DNA of 63,753 nt, filler included, from Octopus bimaculoides (taxonomy: Eukaryota): the NCBI RefSeq assembly GCF_001194135.2. It is 6 parts of 5 records of this genome, joined end to end, with 100 filler letters (N's around TTAATTAATTAA, not from the genome) between each part and the next. Parts side by side here need not be neighbours in the genome. Positions count along the whole stretch, not along the records: positions 19,514 to 37,441 come from NC_068982.1; positions 37,542 to 47,129 come from NC_068981.1; 4 more parts are not named here. The stretch is one strand, 5' to 3'. Numbering within the stretch: the stretch's first letter is position 1; every line of letters begins with the position of its first letter. Shown here in pieces: positions 28,270 to 40,250 of the stretch. The notes under the pieces were generated by a model, which had not been told where the DNA came from, ran no database searches, and saw only the letters and a program-made list of their open reading frames with translations. Both the position numbers and the translations under genes were made by a program.

Positions 28270-28460
28270 CCCAAAAAGCTAAGAACAAACACAAGAAACA
28301 ATAGCGCGAGGACGTGGTACATGTAAAGTATTAGCAGACGTTCAGGGAAGGAAGGAAAGGTACGTTAACGTTTCTAGCAAAGCTGTTCTTCAGAAACAGA
28401 GGAAAGTCTAATAGAAAAGGAGGACGAAAAAGTCGCCAACGATTCACATGTGATTACATT
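28270..28460 (-). repeat. ~200-bp dispersed repeat with a degenerate hammerhead-like core
   Basis: Minus strand reads gtttctgaagaacagctttgctagaaacgttaac. Confidence 0.55.
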
Positions 28461-29885
28461 TTGAACATATATATATATATATATATANNNNNNNNNNNNN
28501 NNNNNNNNNNNNNNNNNNNNNNNNNNNNNNNNNNNNNNNNNNNNNNNNNNNNNNNNNNNNNNNNNNNNNNNNNNNNNNNNNNNNNNNNNNNNNNNNNNNN
28601 NNNNNNNNNNNNNNNNNNNNNNNNNNNNNNNNNNNNNNNNNNNNNNNNNNNNNNNNNNNNNNNNNNNNNNNNNNNNNNNNNNNNNNNNNNNNNNNNNNNC
28701 TGCAAGACGCGCTTAAGATGTAAAAAGAGCGAAGAACAAAACAAGGTGCTTTCCTTCACAATCTTGCTACCAAGTAGGTGGCCGGTAAAAATTTATTCTA
28801 GATTAAAAAGAGAAAGAGGGCAACATATATACATATGGATGAAAGCCCTCCATTGTTTGAGTAAACGAATTATCTGCACATGGATTAACGTTTAAGTGAC
28901 CATTCCACTGACAAGTGTATGCTTAACGCCAATCTTAAGCAGAAGCACGGTGAGATTTTTTTTCCTGAAGCAGAAAAATTCAATGTTTACTGGAGACTAT
29001 CTTCGTAATTTCTAGAAAATGTCTCCTTTTCATTTGCGAGCCATTAAAAGTTGCTTCTTGGCTTTTATTTTCTTTTTCTCAGTACATCTCTCTTCACTGT
29101 TAATTAAGTAACCCAATTAGCAAGAGCTATTAAATATTTCGAGCATTTGAAGGAATCTTTTTCACATGTACTCTAAGTCCTAATTATCTTCTGCGTTACT
29201 TCCGCATTCTCAGTTCTCCAGTGTGTGATCTCACCACACAAATTGGGTTCATTTGCTTTATGGTTGTATAATCTCTTGCTTCTAGCTAAAACTTTAATCT
29301 TTGTTGAGTTTACTTTGAGGGCTTTCAATTCAAACTTGTACTTCGAATCTGTTAGATTTTCTCCGAATTCAGTCACGACAACTGAGTCACTAGCTTACAG
29401 GAGTTCCCAAGGATATTCAACCTTAGTCTCATCTGTAATGGCTCGAATAACTATGATAAAAAGTTGACGGTTGAAAACTTAACCCAATGCCTGCTTAGGC
29501 GCTTAATTCATCGATCATCTCAATGTTGATGTTTACGTGCCAACATCCTGCTGTCACTTATAGTAGCTCGTTTCTCTGCTGGATCTCTGTTAGACAGATC
29601 TCTCTTTTTCTTTCTCTTTCTCTCATGCATTCTTCACATTCAAAAGCCTTTCGTGTTAGTATTTCTATTCCTATTTATCTTTCGGCGCCACTGTAAGTAA
29701 GTTAACTGTTATTATTCCTTATACATTATAGATTTTTTTTCTAACTACTTCGCTTGTGTGTAATGTTATCTTTTGTATTGTTCCTAACAATAAAATATTG
29801 ACTTAGAAGTCAAGAATAAAAAAAAAATCAATTCTAATTTCATTATTTACCAGATTTCTTTATTCAACAACTCTTATAAGAAAAC

Positions 29886-29893
29886 TATAAATA
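29886..29893 (+). promoter_or_regulatory. TATA box of the serine protease gene
   Basis: TATAAATA 40 bp upstream of the ATG at 29926, which has good context (aaaATGg). Confidence 0.6.
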
Positions 29894-29925
29894 TGACACC
29901 AAACCATACTATGACAAACACGAAA

Positions 29926-29986
29926 ATGGAGCGAATAATCCTAGCCGTTCTTCTGACATTGATTGCAAGCTGCTCAGCCAGGCCCA
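29926..29986 (+). CDS. S1 serine protease, coding exon 1 (signal peptide)
   Basis: MERIILAVLLTLIASCSARP + 1 nt, donor gtaagt at 29987; phase 1 matches exon 2. Confidence 0.8.
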
Positions 29987-30071
29987 GTAAGTTTACTTGC
30001 AGAAGATTATCTTTGTAATATTCTTCAAAGCAAATTGTTATCTTTCAATATTCTAAATTAAATTAAGGTGA

Positions 30072-30455
30072 CAAGCAGGCAGAATCGCTAGTCCGCCGGG
30101 AAAAATGCTTAGCCATATTTCTTCCGACCTCACCTTCTTCCGCCTTTCATTCCTTCGTTTTGACAAATGACTTAATCGACTTACATCCTCTCTTACAATG
30201 CTGGCTTTGTGCCAAAATTTGAGACTGATATTTTAAGTTAATGTAGCGAGCTGACTGAATCGTTAGCACGCCGTGAAAAAGCGCTTAACAGCTTTGTTCT
30301 GTCTTTACGTTCTGAGTTCTAAATCCACCGAAGTTGACTTTGCCTTTTATCTGTTAGAGATCGATAAAATAAGTACCAATTGATTACTGGGGTTAATGTA
30401 TTCGACCTACCCGTCCCCCAAAATTGCTGACCTTATGATAAAATTTGAAATCAAT
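30072..30455 (+). mobile_element. Two tandem SINE family A copies in protease intron 1
   Basis: aagcaggcagaatcgctagtccgcc... then gcgagctgactgaatcgttagcacgccg...gttctgagttctaaatcc. Confidence 0.75.
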
Positions 30456-30752
30456 ATTATAATATTATAATTATGTTGGCAACTTAACAGCATTCATTGG
30501 CGCTAGAGCGATCTAATTTGGCCATTTATAGTGCAATTATGGTGAAAGTCATATTATTTTATATTTGTTTAGATTGAAGAGAGGATGACACTTTGTGATT
30601 TTTGTCAATTCGTTTACATGGCATTGTAACAAATGAATATAAGTTCTGCACAAAAAGATACAGCATATGTTTCATATAACCTGTCCGTGACCATATTTCA
30701 TTTAAAGTAAACTTTTATGAAGATAGGTTTATCATAGTTCAACTGGAACAGT

Positions 30753-30825
30753 GGTTTCCAACCTTTTCACTGCCAAGAACCCCTTTTATTTAAATGATTT
30801 TTTCCACGAACCCTTTTAATATGTT
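30753..30825 (+). mobile_element. hAT-type (Charlie-like) terminal fragment
   Basis: cagtggtttccaaccttttcactgccaagaacccc resembles hAT TIRs (CAGTGGTTCCCAACC); no partner end found. Confidence 0.4.
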
Positions 30826-31618
30826 TATCCTTATGTATATATATTAAAGGTAGAACAAAAAGAACACAACAAATGGAAACCAACAAAACACAACATGCGG
30901 AAAAATAAACGATAGCACAACAAACTGCAAACAGGACAAAAACAAGATACACGGATCATTCGCAGCCGATTAGCTTATCAGTCGGAGTCTGGAAAGTTAT
31001 TGTAGTCTGGCCCCTTTATCTCTGATACTACTCGAATCCGGTGGGTGCCAGGGACTTCAGATAAAAGCATTAAGCTTCTGGGAAAGCCAAACGAATGTAT
31101 ACAAGAAAGAAAACAGGAACAGAAACAAAAACGAGAAAGCTAGAATTATACACAGACGTAGAATTATACACAAACGTAGTAAGCTGACGCAAAGGAAAAA
31201 TGGAAAAATTGGAAACTCTTAATAGACTGAATGGGAGGACGGACGTACTCGATCAGCCTGAGTGGCGGCTGGTCGAAAAAGGACGACAATGTCTTAACTG
31301 GGCAGCGATCACGTGGCAGGAGAGAGAAGGATTAATGTGTCAATATTTAATGCTATTCTACTGTAAATGAACTACAAAGAAATATGTGTGACTTCATGTG
31401 TTATCCTTCAATTATGGAGTATCTCATCTAATTTTAAACTGATGATTGAGAAAGTGATCAAGCAATTTTACGAGTGCTGTTGTTTTGTAAGTGTAAAAAG
31501 AAATGTATGCCGGAGATTGCCTGTGGCAGATGTAACTAAGTGAGGCATGTTGCAAAATTTTAAAGCTCAACCTCAGGATATGCATATGCATAGGGGGATA
31601 AAAATATGCATATTCATG

Positions 31619-31694
<76 letters not shown>

Positions 31695-31744
31695 CACATA
31701 CACAAATATATATGGTGTATGTGTGTGTGTATTTCCGTTTATAT

Positions 31745-31932
31745 TTGTGCTCGGCGTTTGACAACCAGTTTTGGTTTGTTTACATAGTCATAACATAGCA
31801 CTTGAGCAGCAGAGATGACTGTATAAGCACCAGGCTTAAAAAGTGAATACTGGGATTGATTTGTTCGAATAAATAGCGTTTAAGGCAACGCTGAAGCATG
31901 GCTGCAAAGCAATGACTGAAACAAGTAAATTA
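31745..31932 (+). mobile_element. SINE family B 3' body, diverged
   Basis: cgtttgacaaccagttttggtttgtttac...gcatggctgcaaagcaatgactgaaacaagtaa. Confidence 0.7.
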
Positions 31933-32519
31933 AAAAAAAAAGCATGCCTCTACGCTCTTTGTATCAGTAGCATAACAGTTTTAACGAAACTGCTTGATAA
32001 TTATATTCTCATGGAAATCATAGAAAGAGAATAGCTTCTTTGAAACAGAATTACATTATTCTAAATTTCTGTCTTCATCTGAAATTCCATCTAATACTTC
32101 AATATCCAAGACTGATCATGTCACCTAATAAGGTAATTCAGTTACTCTTTCCAGCAAAGACAGACCATTAGTTTCAAACTGATGCCATACATTTTGCAAG
32201 ATAGTTCATTATTACCATCACACTAGAATTTCTAGTGTGATGGTATCTTTTGGATACGAACTGATTTAGTTTATTGGCATTGGCCGACTCCAAAATTTGA
32301 CAGCTGTTTTTTTAAGTAACACAACTTAGAAATGTAAGTTTTCTGTATTTTAAAGATGCGGACATTTCCTTCACCCTACAGAAGTAATTATTCAGTTTAC
32401 GGTTGAAAAGAAAGTGACTAACTATCGAGTCCCTTCGATTTTCAGTCTTTATCATGAACTTACCTTCGTGTTTGTGATAATCCTGACTTTTCTCTCTTTT
32501 CTCTACAACAAACGAGGAT

Positions 32520-32792
32520 ATTTTTCTTGTACTTGTTTCAGTCATTGAACTGCGGCAACGAAGGTGAAGTCGAACAGGTCGACGCCAGTACTTGTTTATT
32601 TTTAAACTAGTATTTATTTTATCCACACTTTTTGCAGAACCACTAAGTTAATAGAACGCAAACAAATCAATACCGATTGCAAGGCGACGGTAAGCAGACA
32701 AACATAAAAGCATAGACACGCACACACGTGCGCTCACACACACACACACACACACATGTAAAAAAAAACAACAGATACACCTCGTTTATATA

Positions 32793-32824
<32 letters not shown>

Positions 32825-32965
32825 CTCGACGTGTTTCCGTCCACAAGGCATTTCACCACAAGGCATTGATCGGGCCGGGATTATAGAAAAAGAAATGCAC
32901 ACCCATGATGTCACACAGTGGGAATGAACTACGAGATTACAAACGGAGCTTCTTAACTACGAAGC
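32520..32965 (-). mobile_element. SINE family B, diverged
   Basis: cttgtttcagtcattgaactgcggc (3' end), internal (CA)/(TA)n, head remnant at 32825-32965. Confidence 0.6.
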
Positions 32966-33288
32966 CATGCATGCATCTTTCCTTCAAATCTTACCAAAAA
33001 GTACCTCATATTGACTTAATTGACTTCATTGGACGATCCAGAAATCGAAGCCTTTCTCGTGCATTTTTGAAAATTGTTGGTCGATATGAAGTTATGTTAA
33101 CCATAAAAATGACACTTTAGATCAGAATCAAATTTGCGACTTATATGAATGTTCTCACCACACCCAAATCTGCCATGTATCAAATCTGTTCTTTACGTCT
33201 ATTGTTTGCAATTCTTTAGTTTAATTAATTATTCAATATACCTCTTCTGATTCCTAAAACTAACAGAGCTTTCTTTCTTACATTTTAG

Positions 33289-33433
33289 ATGAGCAGATAG
33301 TTGGTGGAAGTAATGCTTTGAATTGTGAATTTCCACACATGGTGTATATTGATATTAAACTGAGAGACAGAGATTCATTTTGTGGTGCTACTTTGTTATC
33401 AGATAAATGGGTTTTAACAGCTGCTCATTGCCT
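33289..33433 (+). CDS. S1 serine protease, coding exon 2 (activation site and catalytic His)
   Basis: (N)EQ-IVGGSNALNCEFPHMVYIDIKLRDRDSFCGATLLSDKWVLTAAHC; ctaac branch-like motif, pyrimidine tract, ag acceptor, gtaagt donor. Confidence 0.95.
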
Positions 33434-33645
33434 GTAAGTATTTTCTAATAAACTTGCTTATTAATAAAAAAAAAAAAAAAAAATCAATTTGTGCATTTCA
33501 TTCCGAGACTTTCACAAGTTTAACTTCAACAATATTTTAACAGAACCGTAAATTTATCTGCCACAGTCTAATGACTGAAACAAGTCCAAATGTTAACAGT
33601 TAGTATTATTAAATATCGCCTCTTGCTGTTTGCTACAATACCACG

Positions 33646-34010
33646 TGGAGGCGCAATGGCCCAGTGGTTAGGGCAGCGGACTCGCGGTCATAGGATCGCG
33701 GTTTCAATTCCCAGACCAGGCGTTGTGAGTGTTTATTGAACGAAAACACCGAAAGCTCCACGTGGCTCCGGCAGGGGATGGTGGCGAACCCTGCTGTACT
33801 CTTTCACCACAACTTTCTCTCACTCTTACTTCCTGTTTCTGTTGTGCCTGTAATTCAAAGGGTCAGCCTTGTCACACTGTGTCACACTGAATATCCCCAA
33901 GAACTACGTTAAGGGTACACGTGTCTGTGGAGTGCTCAGGCTGTTCCGTTGATCGGATCAACTGGAACTCTCGATGTCGTAAGCGACGGAGTGCCAGCAA
34001 CAACAACAAT
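33646..34010 (+). mobile_element. Full-length tRNA-derived SINE (third family) with a (CAA)n tail
   Basis: A box tggcccagtgg, B box ggtttcaattcc; ends gtgccagcaacaacaacaa. Confidence 0.85.
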
Positions 34011-34963
34011 ACCACACATCGACCAGCCAATGTCATGTTTAACTTCAGGCTCTAATCATCATACATTATTACTAAACATTTATTTAAGCTGCAACAAGAA
34101 GCGACACACACTAATAGCACAGTATTATCATACACACATACACGCTCAAATGTATGTAAGTATGTGTGTCTGTATGTATGTATGCATGCTTGCATGCCTA
34201 AGCTTTATGTAGAGGATATTGATAGAAAACTAGTTATATGAACGCTTTTGGAATGTAAACCTGGGAAAGACAAGAGAAGCTGATAATGCTTTCGATTAGT
34301 GAATTTTAAGGAATTTTAAACGTTTACATCACTGATAATATAGAATAGATGCCTGAGGTGCACTTGTTATCCTAGTTCATCGATATCAAGTGGCAACGTT
34401 AATATGCTTGTGTCACTTTGCCAGCATATTGACAAAGTGATACAGACAAATCTGTAAAGGAGTTGGAAACGTTTTAATTCATTAATACGTAGTATCGTGC
34501 CAAGAATAAAACTGAATCGTACTCACAAGATTATTTATAAGTTCTATAGTTTATCTTTGTGAGTCTGAAAGAAGAGAATGTGCTCATGGTCTTCAAATGC
34601 CCTTCGAGAATTGTTATACTTTCGATTTAATTCTTGCAAATTAGTGTAATATGGACATCTTCGTTGGAGGAATATCAGAGGAGTAACATTCTAAAAAGAA
34701 AGGAGTGAGCATGTAGCAGATAATTCAATGCATGAGTTGGGTTAGACACAGCATAAGTAAAAATAGAATGAGAGAAGAATAAGTCGGGAGTGTCTGCTTG
34801 TAGGTGCCATGAGAACAAATAAGGGATTGTTGTAGTGATTGAAAAGGTAGAGAGGAGAGAGAGGCAAGGAAACAATACGTCTTTGGATCAGAGTTTGGAG
34901 CACGCCGATGAGTGACATTTTGTTGTTCTTCGTGAGGCCTCTCTCTGGTTGTGATTTATGATT

Positions 34964-35008
<45 letters not shown>

Positions 35009-36183
35009 CAATAGTTGCAACATTCTTCTGAGTTTGTTGACGGTCAGTAATTACTGGGGCTGAAATACTTTCTGGTTTTGAAAAAAAAAACAAAAAAAAA
35101 CGGGCCTCTTATTGTAATGCATATCTAGCTATGTTAGTGAGAGTAAGGCCTGGTATTTGGAGCGATATGGAGGGTGTTAATTGCATGTTACTCGTGTTCA
35201 GTGCGAGTGAGGTGCGATAACGCACGTGTTCTTGATAGGAGCGAGACTGCTGAAGTAGTCAAGATTGTTATTATTTTATTGAAGGCTGTTTTTGATGTTT
35301 AAATCATAGAATTTACACAAGCTTGGCGTGAGATGTCTGGGTATTATGTGGCTTGGGAAAGAAAAGAATGAAAGGATTTATCATTTACATACAGGGGAGA
35401 AAGAGAGAGAGTGAGAGAGAAAGAAAGGGAGAGAGAAAGAAACAAAGAAATAAAGAGAAAAAGGAGGAGGAAATGAATGAATATTGTTGGACGTAATAGA
35501 AAGAAAGTTACTGGTTATAAGATAAAAACTGTGTAAGACACTACTGTACCATGGGGTACACTAAAATTGACAGATTGTGAATCAAAGACGACGCTGTCAA
35601 CACTGGCCGCGATATTTCAATCTGACAGGCAGCGGTGCAGCTATATATCAAAGCGATAAAGATGAAACATTATTAGAACGGTAAACGGTATTGACTGATA
35701 ATGGAAACGTAATACATGTAATAACGGGGGAAAAGTGTGTTTGTATTAAATGTAGAACAGTTGATGCATAATATTAATAAAGAATCTTCTATGAATTAGA
35801 GTGGGAAGCAAAAAAATATATGTAGCACACAATCTGATAATTGACTTCTTTTAACATATTTTCGTCTATAGAAAACACCTGATTTAGTGGTCCTGTCATA
35901 GCTGCTCTATCTAGGAGTGTCTAAGAAATCTATCAGCTCAATCATTCATCCTCAAAATATTTATATTTAATTAGAAATATTTAATTAGAAATATAGCCAT
36001 GAAATCAAGGGCAATTATAGAAGATGCTGACGTAAATGGCAGAGATGAAGGAAGTCAATACATGTTTCTATAAAACAAGGAAGAAACCAAAGTGTGCTAA
36101 TGATGTTAGAAGCGTAAGTTCACGAATTAAATTTCATTTACTAAATATTGTCAGTAATTGCCTTAATTCATTAATTTTTCTAG

Positions 36184-36305
36184 TGATGGTGATGTGATCG
36201 GTGTTGACGCCCATATTGGCTCAACAAACAAGAAGAATGCTTCACAAGTCATTAAAGCCAGACAATGGATCCCTCATCCTGAATACTCACTGACTCATAC
36301 TGTTG
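36184..36305 (+). CDS. S1 serine protease, coding exon 3 (ends just before the catalytic Asp)
   Basis: (L)DGDVIGVDAHIGSTNKKNASQVIKARQWIPHPEYSLTHTV + 1 nt; phase 2 start fits exon 2; ttttctag acceptor, gtaagt donor; HPxY motif. Confidence 0.88.
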
Positions 36306-36949
36306 GTAAGTAGTTTTGCTCCACCGTAACACGCACGCACACACACACACACACACACACATACACACACACACATACACACGTACGGCACCACCGCGGC
36401 ATTCGTTGAGGATTATGTTTCACTCGTTTCTTCCATGTCATTTTACAGCGTATACAAGGTTCATTTTGTCATGGCACTCAGTATGAAGAGAATCATTCTT
36501 CTAGCAAGACTGAAAAATCCTGGCTCTTTTCTTTTATAGCCTATATCTACAGAGTGTAGGGTCTGTTTCGATAGTAGTTGCTGATGAAGATTTTACAAGG
36601 CCAGAGTAGAAATCCTACTTCAACTTCCTTTAGTTTTCTTTTACAACAGTTGAGAAAATGCTAGCTCTATTTTTTGGCATGCCAGACCCCCCCCCCCCNN
36701 NNNNNNNNNNNNNNNNNNNNNNNCCCAGCACAGACCATGTTTTAGTCATTTAATGTGTTTCCATGTGTTTTTATATAATGGAAACCCAATAAAGTTACTC
36801 TAACCATCTTTTGACTCTGAAGAAGAAGAAGACATTATACCAACACTTCAGAAGTAGGGCTTTCTTTCGTAAAACTATGGAGTCCTCTGTACGTTGATGC
36901 ATTTTACACACACATACACACACGCACGCACACACGCACCCCCACACAG

Positions 36950-37024
<75 letters not shown>

Positions 37025-37383
37025 TGTATATATGTATACATGCATACACATGTGATAGTACTGCTAGCAGGGCCACTCACCTGATGACGTGCCATACTCA
37101 GCTGATGGTGGATTATAGTTATGTATGTAATTATTTATATAATATTTTAGGATATAGGAAACTTAAGCTACTAACTGCTTCGTACAGAAACAATTGTCAT
37201 GATTTATGGGTAAAGCCTGTTCTATTACCTTCATATTTTATAAATGTTTATATAAATTCTACATACACTAACGTACGTCTATTCAGTAAAAGGTGTAGTA
37301 GTGGACGGACCTATGATGGTATACAGTATATAACTGCATAGGAGCTTTCAAATACACGTTGTGTTTTTATTTCTCAGATAACA

Positions 37384-37441
<58 letters not shown>

Positions 37442-37541
37442 NNNNNNNNNNNNNNNNNNNNNNNNNNNNNNNNNNNNNNNNNNNNTTAATTAATTAANNN
37501 NNNNNNNNNNNNNNNNNNNNNNNNNNNNNNNNNNNNNNNNN
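37442..37541. other. Artificial scaffold-join spacer
   Basis: 44 N + TTAATTAATTAA (37486-37497) + 44 N. Confidence 0.95.
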
Positions 37542-38418
37542 ATATATATATATATATATATATACATACATACAAGTGTGTATGTGTATACGAAAAGGTG
37601 TGTGCGTGTGGGTATGTGCATGCGGGCATATGTAGGTGTGTGTATGTGTGGGTGTTTGCACGCTTGTATATATACAGGAATGTAGGTATATACACAGGTA
37701 CGTATGTATTGGTGAGCATGTACGTACATATGTATAGGTGTGTGTGTGTATGTGTATGGGTGTATATGTGTGTATGGGTATGTGTGCATGGGTGCACACA
37801 TATGTGTATGTGCATGTGTCTGTACATGTGCGTACACGCACACATTTGCATATATGTGTGTGCGCGCTGGCGCACACATATGTAAACATTCACTTGACTT
37901 ATCTCCCCATATTCAATTAAATCTTCGGCCTCAACCTTTAGCATCACGTCAATAACACCCTCCCTTTATATTCCTATGTAAATTAGCGTTCTTATTACTA
38001 AAGCCCATGGAATAATATCGTTGACCCCTTTATATCTCTATGTAAACAAACCTTCTAACGGTCACTGACCATGTAACATCTCGGCTCGTAAGTTACCCCA
38101 TGATTTCGTTTTTGTCTTGCTATTACATGTTTTATTATGATCTCCCTGAAGAGAAATGAATGAGGACCACAACAGCTCTTTCTTCTTTGTGAAAGGGCGA
38201 TCATTTATTTCGAAACATATATGTAGGAATTAAAGGAACTTTCATCGACATGCGTCTCTCAAAATGTATCACTTTAAATCGGTATATCAACCTGTAAAAC
38301 GGTTGGGATATCTTGTTTTTTAGCGTAATTTTGCTACCTCTGGTAACTATTAACGTATTCAAATTATCGAAAGTTTTAATAACTGAGATAATATTAATAT
38401 ATACATAAACCAATATAT

Positions 38419-38453
<35 letters not shown>

Positions 38454-38477
38454 GTATTCATTTGTGTGTCTGAGTTT

Positions 38478-38683
38478 GTTCCCCCCACCCACACACACAC
38501 TCATCGCTTGACAACCGATATTGGCGTGTTTATGTCCCCGTAAATTAGCGGTTCAGCAGAAGAAACCGATAGAATAAGTACTAGGCTTACAAAGAAGTAC
38601 TGGGGTCGATTTGTTCGACTAAAAGTGGTGCTCCAGCATGACTGCAGTCAGATGACTAAAACAAGTAAAAGAATAAAAGAATA
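38478..38683 (+). mobile_element. SINE family B 3' body
   Basis: catcgcttgacaaccgatattggcgtg...ccagcatgactgcagtcagatgactaaaacaagtaaaagaataaaaga. Confidence 0.85.
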
Positions 38684-38929
38684 TATAGGCAATTATGCGG
38701 ATAAACAAAGTAGATATATTAAATATAACAATTTGGATATAAAATACAAAATATGTATATATGTATATATGCAAAACGAGAGAACGTAAAAAGCGGAGAC
38801 TTTCAGATGGTGAATGTTGAATTATAAATATATAGATATTTATATTAATAGATCCAACTTTAAAACGACAGAGAAAATTAAAGTGGAGGAAGAAAAGTAC
38901 TATAAGTCCAACAACTGCTTCTGGGGCTC

Positions 38930-39925
38930 AGAGGTCCATCATAATGTTGGTAGATATAGTTCATCTCAACATGCAAACCGCAATGGAAGTAATAAACATT
39001 GGACAAATCGAGCCTCCGTCATCAGGGTAGAAAAGATCTTACATTTCAGATCATATTTCAGAGAAGTTCAAAGGTGGAATGATTAAATGTAGAAAGCCAG
39101 CCGTATAAGAGGGAGGAAGTAGAAGGGTCGGAGGGTTGTGGAGAATGTTCGGACAGGGAATAATGAGAGGAGTTAAGAGAGGTAGTTCGGTTAGAAGGGA
39201 AGTTAATAATGAGGGTATTAAGGGAGGTGGTAGTAGAAGTGGAGAGTTGGGAGATGTGTGGGAGTGGTAATTGAAAGGTGGTCAATCATTGTTGTGTTTG
39301 TGTATAGATGTCAAAGTTTAGGGATAATAACTATAGAATTATCGAAAGTTGAGATAGTGAGAAAAAATTGTAATTATTTGAGGGAGGGAAAGTGTCTAAT
39401 TCGGTGACAGAAGGAAGGTAGAAAAGGTATGAGAGACGATAGAGGGATGTGGAGAGAGTGGTGGGTAAGTCGGTGGTCAACGTAGCAATGGTTAGTACTA
39501 TAATGAAGGCGGCTTGATAATGGGAGGGGAGTACCGGAGTATGCAGGGGTGTATGAAACTGAATAAAGGAAGGTGAATAGAGAGGGAGGAAGAGGTTGAT
39601 AGGTTAGTAGCTAATTGAGTGGGGGTAGTTTTAAGTGCTTTTGATTGAAGAGAAGAAATAAGAGAATGAGGAAAGAATGGGAAGGCTGTGAGGCAGGGGG
39701 ATGTGGTGGGTAAGAGGAATTTGCAAAGGTGATCATGGGAGAGAATAATCTAGTAGGAAGAGTAGTATTAGTAGAGGGGTAAGTTGCTAGGCCGACCTGG
39801 TTGTACCCCAAACTTAATTATGGAATTACATGGATTTAATAAAATAGGAAAGTAATGAGTAGAACCTGTGTTTACAAGAGAGTATTACATCTGATAATTT
39901 ATTAAGTAATGAGGAGTTGTGGTTA
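38930..39925 (-). mobile_element. Probable Penelope-like pseudo-LTR / N-terminal remnant (strong strand asymmetry)
   Basis: Purine-rich + strand like 19800-20200; bounded by a degenerate hammerhead core on the minus strand (~39030-38995) and an intact one on the + strand; no clear protein motif. Confidence 0.4.
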
Positions 39926-39979
39926 GATGGGCGCTGATGAAGGAGAAAAAACTCCTGAAATATGGCATATACGCTCATT
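39926..39979 (+). ncRNA. Minimal type I hammerhead ribozyme
   Basis: Helix I GATGGGCG/CGCTCATT (8 bp, 2 GU); core CTGATGA (39934-40); helix II AGGAG-A6-CTCCT; GAAA (39957-60); helix III ATATG-G-CATAT; AUA triplet with predicted cut after 39971. Confidence 0.8.
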
Positions 39980-40194
39980 ATCCATTTTTTCTCAAGGCGG
40001 TTCCTCAGCATGGCCGCAGTCTTATAAGTGAAAAAAAATTAAAATAAGATATATACAGTATATATTTAGCATTGAAAAACCAAATATTATTGAAAACGGT
40101 ATGGTACTTTAGTAAAATTTAAACAATTAAAAACAGACTACGATTTATTTTAAGAATCAGGTGTATTTTTCGGTCCTAAAACAAAGTCTCACAT

Positions 40195-40250
40195 CCATCC
40201 ATCCATCCATCCATCCATCCATCCATCCATACATACATACATACATACAT
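40195..40250. repeat. (CATC)n(CATA)n tail at the RTE 3' end
   Basis: Directly follows the RTE 3' UTR on the element strand. Confidence 0.85.

Noticed and set aside
33646-33720. tRNA gene
   Set aside because: A/B boxes are present but no closed cloverleaf; it continues into a SINE body and tail
36570-36640. CTGATGA...GAAA with agttg/caact helix I as a hammerhead
   Set aside because: Helix II and helix III cannot be paired
37378-37400. ttctcag acceptor as protease exon 4
   Set aside because: Reads D-N-I-N and then runs into (TA)n; no DI(A/G)L motif
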